This document shows positions 56,612-64,000 of a stretch of 64,000 nucleotides of DNA, one piece after another (within the stretch, counting starts at the first letter, position 1; every line of letters starts with the position of its first letter). Where the stretch lies: positions 32,001-96,000 of the IMG/VR virus record IMGVR_UViG_3300035670_000068. One strand, written 5' to 3'. Source of the DNA: a virus. The position numbers and the translations under genes are program-made. The notes below the pieces were generated by a model. It saw only the letters and a program-made list of their open reading frames with translations, was not told where the DNA came from and searched no databases.

Positions 56612-57829
56612 TCAGCCGAAGATACGCTTCGCGATACCCAGCGCTGCTTCACGCTCTGCATCCGGCAGGCGGTTGGCGTAGGCGTACTGCACGCCCTCAA
56701 CGAAGTCACCCTTCATCATGCCGACGCGAGCCATGTTGATCGCTACACGCGGGCCGATGGTCAGAGACACTTGGTTCGGGAACGCCTTCACGCGAATCTC
56801 GTCAGCGAACTGGCGAATCTTCTTGGCGTCGTCAGCGTGCAGACCAGTGGCTGCGCTGATCATCGCGACTTCCTGCTTCTCTGGCGGATAGTCCACCTTC
56901 GCTACCAGGCCGAAGCGCTCGATGGTCGCAGCGTCTTGCACCAGGGTCGCTTGATACAGGCCGGTCTGGTCGCCAGTACCGTTGGTGTTGCCGGTTGCAG
57001 CGAAGCAGAACAGCGGGTGCGGCTTGATCATGCGCAGATGGGCCGGAGCGTTCTTGATGATCAGCGGCTCACCTTCGAGGATCGCTTGATAGGCCGACAG
57101 GACGGTCGGGCTGGAGCGGTCCATTTCGTCAGCCAGGTAGAGCCAGCCGTTCATCATTGCCAGCGGCAGCGGGCCAAGCTCGAACTCGGTGACGCTGATC
57201 GCATTGCCGTTCACGTCGATGTGCTTCTTGACCACCCACTGACCGACGATGTGGCTTTCTTCGGTATCGACAGTGTGCTGGAAGCGGAACAGACGACGGT
57301 TGGTGCCTGCGCAGATTTGCTTGAACACAGAGGACTTGCCGACGCCCGAGTGACCGTACAGGAAGATCGGCGAGCGCAGCTCAAGGCCCATCATGATGGT
57401 CTTGGTGAGTTCCGGGTTCAGGATGTAGTTCTCGTTCCACTCCGGGACCAGGTAGTCGTGCTCGTCGGAGCGGTTGTCGCGGCTGATCGGGATCGGGTTG
57501 CCGGTCTTGGTGAAGGCCGACTTGGTGGATTTCGGGAAGCGGAAGGCTTCGTGGAAGAACACCTTCTCGATATCAGCGTGACCGCTTGCAGCCGGCTTGG
57601 CAGCAGGTGCAGCTTCTTCACCGCTAGCAGCCTTCTCTTTCTCTGCGCGCTTTTCGCGGGCGATGCGCTCAGCGGTTTCGCTCAGCAGCGTGGCTTCCGG
57701 GAAGCGCTCGCGATACTCAGCCAGGGTGCAGGTTTCGCTCGCACCGTCGCCGTGTGCGGACTTGAGGTGGGTTGGGATGCTGTGTACTTCTTCGCCACAG
57801 ATTTGGCACTTGATCTTATCGGTAGACAT
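56612..57829 (-). CDS. MoxR/CobS-like AAA+ ATPase
   Basis: N-terminal CQIC..H, GHSGVGKS, LADEMD, ATGNTNG, ATIERF. Confidence 0.9.
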   Translation of the reverse strand: MSTDKIKCQICGEEVHSIPTHLKSAHGDGASETCTLAEYRERFPEATLLSETAERIAREKRAEKEKAASGEEAAPAAKPAASGHADIEKVFFHEAFRFPKSTKSAFTKTGNPIPISRDNRSDEHDYLVPEWNENYILNPELTKTIMMGLELRSPIFLYGHSGVGKSSVFKQICAGTNRRLFRFQHTVDTEESHIVGQWVVKKHIDVNGNAISVTEFELGPLPLAMMNGWLYLADEMDRSSPTVLSAYQAILEGEPLIIKNAPAHLRMIKPHPLFCFAATGNTNGTGDQTGLYQATLVQDAATIERFGLVAKVDYPPEKQEVAMISAATGLHADDAKKIRQFADEIRVKAFPNQVSLTIGPRVAINMARVGMMKGDFVEGVQYAYANRLPDAEREAALGIAKRIFG

Positions 57830-57923
57830 TTCGGTGAAGCTCCTTGATTGCGTTTAAAAGTCACTAATTAGTTAGTGATGCTGCGCATGATAAGCACAGC
57901 ATCACGGGAAAACAACACTGTTT

Positions 57924-60071
57924 TCAGGCGGACATGAGGGCATCGCGCAGCTGATTCAGGACGATGCCTGGCAGCTCTTCCACGTTGTCCAGCTTGACGT
58001 TCTTGCGGTAGAAGTGGGACACCGAGTCGGAGCAGATGCCGATGCCGACGATGTTGGTGCCTTCCTTCTCGATGCGGGCGACGGTCTGCTTCAAGTGGTT
58101 GTTCAGCTTGGAGCTCGACACGCTCGCAGCCGGCATACCATCGGAGAAGACGATCATCATCTTGCCTTTCGGCTTGCCCTTGTTCGCGGCTTTGCACAGC
58201 CGTTCGTAGGCGTACTGCACAGACTCGCCATCGACGTTGTTCTGGAGCGCACCGCGAATGTGGTAGTACGAGGCCATCCGCTTCTTCTGCTCAATGCCGA
58301 AGCGTTCGTCGAAGGACTTGAACACTGGCATACGGATGGGCTCGGTTCGATCCCAGCTGCGACCGTGACTCCACTCGTCGCTCAGCTCCCGATACAGCTT
58401 GCGGCCTTCGTCGCTGTCGTAGTCGCCAGTAGTGAAGCCGATCACTTCGTTCGCCACGCCCAAGCGAGTCAGAACCTCGCTCACTACCCAGGCCGCGCAC
58501 ATGGCGGTGAAAATCTTCCGCCCTCTCATGGAGCCAGAGCAGTCAACCACCAGGGAGACGGCAACGTCTCGGGTGCGGTGCTCGATCTTCTTCTTGAAAA
58601 TCTTGTCGTCACCGGCAGTCAGGCGATAGAGGTTGTTCGCGGACATTTTCCCCTTGTTCTGACCCTGCTGCCAAAGCGACTTGTTGCGCGCAGTGAAGGC
58701 ACGCTCCAGCTGACGTGCGACCGGGCCAACCATACCGTCGATAGCCTTCTCGATCTCGGTCATCCAGGCAGGGCTGTAGCTGCTAGGGATTTTCGGGGGC
58801 TCGATCTGGTCCCACTCGCGGGTAAAGATCGTGTAGGTCTCGTTCTCCATTTCGGAGGTACACAGCTCAGTGACGTGCTGGGCGAACTCGGTGCCCATAT
58901 CCTGAACCTTGTTCCAGTCGAACTCGGCCAGCATCGAGGCGCCGCCTCGCTCGGACTGGATGACCTCTTCGTCTTCTTCCATGTCCTTGCGCTCGGACTG
59001 GTCGGAGTGACCGTCAGCGCCTTCTTCGAGCTTGTGCGGCTCGTCGTCGGACTCTTCATCGTCAGACTTGCCTTCGGCTTCTTCACCTTCGTCTTCCGAC
59101 TCTTCGCCCTCTTCCTCGCCTTCCTCGCGCTCTTCGGGGGCCTCTTCGCCCTCTCCTTCCTCACCGGAAGAGCCTTCTTCGTCGCGCTCTTCCTCTTCAC
59201 CAGAGCCACTGCCAGAGCCCTTACCGCCCGAGCTCGAACCTTCCTCTTCTTCGTCAGATTCGCCCGAGCCACCGCCCTCCCCTTCTTCGCTACCAGCGGG
59301 AGACTTGTTCTTGCGACCGCTGGAACGCCCGCCAGCAGCTTTCATTCCGCCCTTGCCCTTGCCGCTCTTCGACTTGTTCTCGTCGCCGAACGGGTTGTGA
59401 CCGTCGCCCTCCAGGGGCTCGCCTTCTACGACGTTGCGAATCTGCTTCGCCATTTCGTAGGCATCTTCGGGCTTGGTCATGCTGCCAATCTTGGAAGCAA
59501 TCGGGTCGAGCTCCTTCTGGATGCCGGCGATCAGCGACCACTTGTCGCTCATGTAGTCCTTGAAGAACTCTTGACCGCCCCAGGCGCGCAGAGCGGGAAT
59601 CGCGAGCACCTGGAACAGCTGCTGCTCACTGGCGCCGTTCGCGAGCGCTTCTTTCAGCTTGGGCTCGATGAACTTGTCCACGAAGGCCTGGTGCATGTGG
59701 TTCAGGTTCTGACGCGAACCCGGAAACGCCTTCGTCATGCTCTTTTCACAGAACAGCGATTCGATGGGCTTGTAGATGCCTTCCAGCTTCTCGTACTTGG
59801 AGCGCAGAGCAGAGCGCGGGTCTGCGTATAGAACTTTGGCGATCTCGCCATCCAGGAAGCCCTGAACGGCATCGATCAGCTCGTCGGAGGCGTCGTCCGG
59901 GATCATCGGGAGATTGACTCGCGACGGCTTCATGGTGTGCTCGTCGTACTTGACGAAGGCCTGAACACCGGCCTGAGTCACAGAAACTTTGTCGTCGGTC
60001 AGGATTTTCGCGATCTTGGTGATCGATTCGCGAATCACCTGGATGCGCTTGGCTTTGGCGCTGCTGCTCAT
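57924..60071 (-). CDS. CobT-like vWA-domain protein
   Basis: Acidic linker, MIDAS DCSGSM, NVDGE, FSDGMP. Confidence 0.88.
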   Translation of the reverse strand: MSSSAKAKRIQVIRESITKIAKILTDDKVSVTQAGVQAFVKYDEHTMKPSRVNLPMIPDDASDELIDAVQGFLDGEIAKVLYADPRSALRSKYEKLEGIYKPIESLFCEKSMTKAFPGSRQNLNHMHQAFVDKFIEPKLKEALANGASEQQLFQVLAIPALRAWGGQEFFKDYMSDKWSLIAGIQKELDPIASKIGSMTKPEDAYEMAKQIRNVVEGEPLEGDGHNPFGDENKSKSGKGKGGMKAAGGRSSGRKNKSPAGSEEGEGGGSGESDEEEEGSSSGGKGSGSGSGEEEERDEEGSSGEEGEGEEAPEEREEGEEEGEESEDEGEEAEGKSDDEESDDEPHKLEEGADGHSDQSERKDMEEDEEVIQSERGGASMLAEFDWNKVQDMGTEFAQHVTELCTSEMENETYTIFTREWDQIEPPKIPSSYSPAWMTEIEKAIDGMVGPVARQLERAFTARNKSLWQQGQNKGKMSANNLYRLTAGDDKIFKKKIEHRTRDVAVSLVVDCSGSMRGRKIFTAMCAAWVVSEVLTRLGVANEVIGFTTGDYDSDEGRKLYRELSDEWSHGRSWDRTEPIRMPVFKSFDERFGIEQKKRMASYYHIRGALQNNVDGESVQYAYERLCKAANKGKPKGKMMIVFSDGMPAASVSSSKLNNHLKQTVARIEKEGTNIVGIGICSDSVSHFYRKNVKLDNVEELPGIVLNQLRDALMSA

Positions 60072-60180
60072 GCTTGAGACTCCTGGTTGTGTTTAATCGC
60101 CTAGTAACTAAGCGCTTCGTTAGTATGATGCAGAAATAGAAACGGGAGCGCAATGCTCCCGTTAGGCCAACCGCTAATGC

Positions 60181-60366
60181 CTATAAGGCGATGACAGCTG
60201 CGCCAGAGTCAGCGTCCAGCTCGTTCAGAACCACCAGGCTGGCGTTTCCTTCGTCACCGCTCGTCTTGAAGATGGTGAGTCCACCAAGATGAAACTCGCC
60301 AGCAGCATTCTCCAAGAGATCAAGGGCGTCCTCGTAGGACACCTTGTTTACGCACAAGCTCATCAC
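60181..60366 (-). CDS. Small hypothetical protein
   Basis: GGAG RBS; followed by a hairpin at 60142-60162. Confidence 0.5.
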   Translation of the reverse strand: MMSLCVNKVSYEDALDLLENAAGEFHLGGLTIFKTSGDEGNASLVVLNELDADSGAAVIAL

Positions 60367-60773
60367 TTCTCCATAGCCCTTCTATGGGGCTTCCAGTTTC
60401 AGCTGATTGCTTCGATGTGAAGCGCTACGCATTTTGACAGATCGCCCAGCAAGTAACTAGATGGTTAGTTGCTGGGGATAGCGAAATCCATAACGAACCC
60501 CCTATCTGTGTGAAGAATGGTAGCAATGAGCCAGCGGGCGATTCAAGCGGTGACACCTGTAACAAATGTGAAATTTTTGGTCCGATATCGGGTTGACAGG
60601 CGACGAATGACCTTGATTTTTCTGATTTTTTCCATTTTTAGGCTTTGGAACCTGTGATTCATTGATTAGTTAGTCACCACGCTATATCTTTACTAAGCCC
60701 TTAGTTAGACCCTACAGGGCTCACAATAATAGAAAGCACTAAGCTGAACCAGAAAACTTGTGGAGAAAATGCG

Positions 60774-61310
60774 ATGACCAACACCAGACAAGCCCGAGTA
60801 GTCTTCAAAAGCGAGACTGCAGACCTGGTACGCCAGATGATCGATGCTCAGGTTCGCAAGAACCAGGACGAGATCGCGAAGGAAACCGGGTTCGAGCGCT
60901 CGAACGTACTGACCATGATCAAGCAGGGCCGTACCAAGATGCCGCTCGACAAGATCGAGGCTTTCGCAAAAGCGTGTGGTCAGAAGCCCGACAAATTGTT
61001 TCGTACCGCCATGCGTGAATACAACCCGGTCGTGGCCAGACTGATAGGCACCATCTACAAAACCCCGATGTTCGAAGGCGCCGAAGATATCGTGCAGACC
61101 TTCAACGAAGCCCTGACCGAAGCCCTGACCGAAGCCAAGCGCGAGCACCGCGATGCAGCTGCAAGCCCGAGCGATGCGGCTCAAGTGCTCCGACTGAACG
61201 CCTCCCTGGATATCTCGGGTAGCAAGAAGGCGGACCTAAAACGGTTCGTAAAAACCAATTTGGTGAAGGTGATGGCAGGCGATGAAGAGGTTGCTAAGTT
61301 CACTTCCTGA
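60774..61310 (+). CDS. XRE-type HTH regulator, candidate immunity repressor
   Basis: QDEIAKETGF...NVLTMIKQGRTKMPLDKIEAFAKA; divergent from the replication arm; operator-like site at 60690-60707. Confidence 0.75.
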   Translation: MTNTRQARVVFKSETADLVRQMIDAQVRKNQDEIAKETGFERSNVLTMIKQGRTKMPLDKIEAFAKACGQKPDKLFRTAMREYNPVVARLIGTIYKTPMFEGAEDIVQTFNEALTEALTEAKREHRDAAASPSDAAQVLRLNASLDISGSKKADLKRFVKTNLVKVMAGDEEVAKFTS

Positions 61311-61326
61311 TACCAAACCAGGACCG

Positions 61327-61358
61327 AAAGCCCGCTTCTAAACAGAGCGGGCTTTTTT
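61327..61358 (+). terminator. Intrinsic terminator
   Basis: AAAGCCCGCT...AGCGGGCTTTTTT. Confidence 0.85.
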
Positions 61359-61457
61359 ATGCGCGCCTGTCAGACTTGCGCGTAGCTGCGATTTCTACCA
61401 GAATCGTGAAAACGGCAGCTACGCCGTATGAAACGAAATCAACAATCTGGGGGAGTC

Positions 61458-62657
61458 ATGACCGAGATCGGTAATGAAACTGAGCTGCTGGCTATTGAGC
61501 AGAGTATGGGCACAAACAACGCCGGTCTGTTGTTTGAGCAGTTTGCCATAGACGGCAACGCAGACCTGGATGCAGCCAGAACCCTTATCACCCACCCAGA
61601 AGACCGCAAGAAAGCTCGCACCTGGGGCATCAACGAAGCGGCCCCGATGATTGGGCGCTCTATCAGCTATATCCGTCAGAACGAAGCCGACAGTGTAATC
61701 CGGGATGAACAGGGCCGCTGGCACTTCACACTGGGCGATATCAACCGTCTTCGCGAAAAGTACGGCACCCTCTACAAGCGCCCAGCCGGCTCCAAGGCTA
61801 TGGTCCTCGCGATCAGCAACTTTAAGGGCGGCGTAGCCAAGACCACCACTTGCATTCACCTAGCTCAGAAGGCCGCGATGGAAGGTCTTCGCGTCCTGGT
61901 TGTCGACCTCGATCCGCAGGCCTCGACCACCTTCAACATGGGCAGCGTGATCCCGGATATCGAAGTAGGCAAGCGGGACATTATCAACGACTCGATGATC
62001 GTTGACCCGCAGATGATCCAGACGGCCGTCGTTCACACCTACTTCCACAACATTCACCTGATCCCCTCGAACCTGCACCTGCAGGAGCTCGACGTTGTTT
62101 TGCCCAATGCGGAAGTCAACAACAGCGCGCAGCTTGGCCACCCAGCTTATCGCCTGGCCAACGCCCTGGATGTGATTCGCGAGGACTACGACCTGATCAT
62201 CCTGGACTGCGGCCCGAACATGGCTTCGGTTTCGGTCAACGCAATGACCGCTTGTAACGGCCTGATCGTTCCGCTTCCCCCACAGACCTTCGACCACGCC
62301 TCTTTCGTGATGCTCAGCTCTTCCCTGGCCAGCTACTTCAAAGCGACAGGCAAGGAGCTGGACTACCTGCGTCTGCTGATCACTAAGCATCCGGGTAGCC
62401 AGAGCAAGGGCGCTGCGCTGATCGAGCAGAAGATTCGCCGCATGTATGGCAGCTACGTCCTGAACAACGTGGTCAGCATGACCGCCGAGATTCAGAAGGC
62501 CAGCTCTGAAATGTCCACTGTGTACGACCAGGCTGCAAACAAGAACAGCCGTCGTACCTACCAGCGCGCAATCGAAATCCTGGACGCCGTGAACAACGAG
62601 ATCATCGGCGACCTCAAGATCATCTGGGCGCGTCAGGCTCGGGAGGCAGCTAAATGA
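61458..62657 (+). CDS. parA: Type Ia plasmid partition ATPase with N-terminal HTH
   Basis: KGGVAKTT, VDLDPQAS, LDCGP. Confidence 0.93.
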   Translation: MTEIGNETELLAIEQSMGTNNAGLLFEQFAIDGNADLDAARTLITHPEDRKKARTWGINEAAPMIGRSISYIRQNEADSVIRDEQGRWHFTLGDINRLREKYGTLYKRPAGSKAMVLAISNFKGGVAKTTTCIHLAQKAAMEGLRVLVVDLDPQASTTFNMGSVIPDIEVGKRDIINDSMIVDPQMIQTAVVHTYFHNIHLIPSNLHLQELDVVLPNAEVNNSAQLGHPAYRLANALDVIREDYDLIILDCGPNMASVSVNAMTACNGLIVPLPPQTFDHASFVMLSSSLASYFKATGKELDYLRLLITKHPGSQSKGAALIEQKIRRMYGSYVLNNVVSMTAEIQKASSEMSTVYDQAANKNSRRTYQRAIEILDAVNNEIIGDLKIIWARQAREAAK

Positions 62658-63646
62658 TCGGGAACGAAGAAGAGAGAGCCCCCGGAGTCTTCGGCATTTT
62701 TGCCCAGGAGATTCAACAGGGGCAGCCCCCGAAGGGCGGAAAAGGACTCCAGAAAGTCCACAGAGATTTGCCGGCCACTGCGCCGGTTTCTGTCATTACG
62801 CCGCCCTCCCCTACCGTCAAGCCGAAGCCTGCTCAGAAGGTAGAGGCTGATGCTTCGGACGATACGGTCTATCTGCTCGACCCGAATGACATTGAGCCCT
62901 GGGCCTTCGCAGACCGTCCCGAGCATGAGTTCGGAGACCTGACGAGCCTGACCGAGAAGATTCGCGTTCACGGCCAGGAAGTCCCTGCTCTGGTTCGTCC
63001 AGGCAAGGTGAAGGGCAAATACGAGCTGATCTACGGTCGCCGTCGCTGGACCGTCTGTAAAGACCTGGGTATCAAGCTCAAAGCCTTCGTCCGCTCCATC
63101 GATGACCAGGAAGCACACGCTCGGATGGTCATCGAGAACGAGCGCGACCCGGTTTCTACCTGGGCGAAGGCCATGAACTACAAGAAGGTCATCGAGGCCG
63201 GGGTCTACCCGTCCGAGTCTGCTCTTGCTGCGAAGCTGGGCATTCACCGGGCGTCCCTGAGCAACATCATGGCCTACAACCGCATTCCTGAGCCCGTCGT
63301 TGAAGCTCTCGGCCCTCAGTGTATGTCCGGGATGGGCATTCACACGGCTAAAGCGATCCTGGCCGCTTCGAAGTCGCCAGAGGACGTTGAAGTCCTGGTC
63401 AGCAACGCGAACAAGATCGTCTCTGGCTCTTTGACTGGCGACAACATCCTCAAGCTGGTCAACAAAGCGAAGGAGTCCAAGCCTCGCGAGACCAAGATCG
63501 TCACCGACGACAGCGGCCGCAAGCTGTTTTCCCTGCGTACAACGGGTCGCGGCATGACCGAAGTGATGTTCTACCAGGAAGCGGTCAAACAGTTCGGTGG
63601 CGACGAAGCCTTTGTTAGTAAAATCAAGGGGTTATTCTCTAAATGA
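62654..63646 (+). CDS. parB: Plasmid partition protein ParB
   Basis: GQEVPALVR, LIYGRRR, IENER, HTH SESALAAKLGIHRASLS. Confidence 0.93.
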   Translation: MIGNEEERAPGVFGIFAQEIQQGQPPKGGKGLQKVHRDLPATAPVSVITPPSPTVKPKPAQKVEADASDDTVYLLDPNDIEPWAFADRPEHEFGDLTSLTEKIRVHGQEVPALVRPGKVKGKYELIYGRRRWTVCKDLGIKLKAFVRSIDDQEAHARMVIENERDPVSTWAKAMNYKKVIEAGVYPSESALAAKLGIHRASLSNIMAYNRIPEPVVEALGPQCMSGMGIHTAKAILAASKSPEDVEVLVSNANKIVSGSLTGDNILKLVNKAKESKPRETKIVTDDSGRKLFSLRTTGRGMTEVMFYQEAVKQFGGDEAFVSKIKGLFSK

Positions 63647-63660
63647 GAATCATTCTCTCA

Positions 63661-63750
63661 ATGTTGTACCCCCTACAACATGGTCCCTGGTCGATGTTGT
63701 ACCCCCTACAACATCTACCTGGACCCCCAATGTTGTACCCCCTACAACAT
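63661..63750. repeat. parS-like centromere: three identical 21-bp palindromes
   Basis: ATGTTGTA-CCCCC-TACAACAT at 63661, 63694 and 63730, directly after parB. Confidence 0.8.
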
Positions 63751-63805
63751 CGAACTGAGACCCCTCACCCGCTAGACCGAAACCCACAAGACACCAACCA
63801 CACAG

Positions 63806-63830
63806 AACCCGCCCCCAGGCGGGTTTTTTT
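63806..63830 (+). terminator. Intrinsic terminator
   Basis: AACCCGCC-CCCA-GGCGGGTT plus T tract. Confidence 0.8.
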
Positions 63831-63848
63831 ATGCCTGGAGAAAAGTGC

Positions 63849-64000
63849 ATGAAGAGCCGGAATGTTATCTGCTCACCGCAAGCGCTTACTTATCTGAAAG
63901 ATCGGAAAGAGTTTCGAATCGTCCCTGCTCCAATCTGGCGTCATGTTCAGATGAATGACCAACTCAGTATCGAGAGCCGCTTTTTGTGGGGAGTTCTATG
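63849..64000 (+). CDS. 5' part of a gene, possibly an HTH replication initiator (truncated)
   Basis: GGAG RBS; MKSRNVICSP...FRIVP..IW....LS..SRFLWGVL open to the window end; sits next to parABS. Confidence 0.45.
   Translation, partial: MKSRNVICSPQALTYLKDRKEFRIVPAPIWRHVQMNDQLSIESRFLWGVL

Noticed and set aside
56612-60071. Cobalamin biosynthesis (cobaltochelatase)
   Set aside because: No cobN or other cob genes; a generic MoxR/vWA pair is the better reading.
63661-63750. Three identical repeats as a CRISPR array, and ORFs 63643-63852 and 63650-63850
   Set aside because: The spacers are only 12-15 bp, there are no cas genes, and palindromes right after parB fit parS. The ORFs are translations of the repeats.

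Overview
This window looks like roughly half of a large temperate phage-plasmid (SSU5/pHCM2-like gene content; high GC, probably a Pseudomonas-type gammaproteobacterial host, which is an inference). It carries a parA-parB-parS cassette, a likely rep gene cut off at the right edge and an HTH regulator. A long minus-strand replication, recombination and nucleotide-metabolism arm holds CobT/CobS-like vWA-MoxR, a sigma factor, DnaE with a fused UDG-like domain, UvsY-like, gp32-like SSB, 5'-3' exonuclease, RecA, SbcCD, RuvC, NrdAB, ThyA, DHFR, NUDIX and a DEDDh exonuclease. About 25 kb of small accessory genes include Acb2 anti-CBASS, ArdB/KlcA antirestriction, VapBC and a kinase-like protein. The left end has a four-tRNA cluster, an SF2 helicase and a second ParB-like gene. 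No virion structural genes or integrase were seen. Four signals are not explained by these gene calls. (1) At least 13 mostly unrelated proteins end in the same C-terminal peptide, [FYIV]-G-x-[WF]-[SAG]-stop. (2) A 1.07 kb stretch (9022-10089) has no GG or CC dinucleotide and encodes two proteins without Gly, Pro or Trp behind sigma70-like promoters. (3) A ~390 nt highly structured, probably pseudoknotted RNA follows tRNA-Trp. (4) About 25 copies of an 18-bp palindrome, TAACTAA-N4-TTAGTTA, sit at gene junctions throughout. All calls come from reading the sequence and recalled family motifs; no database searches were run.
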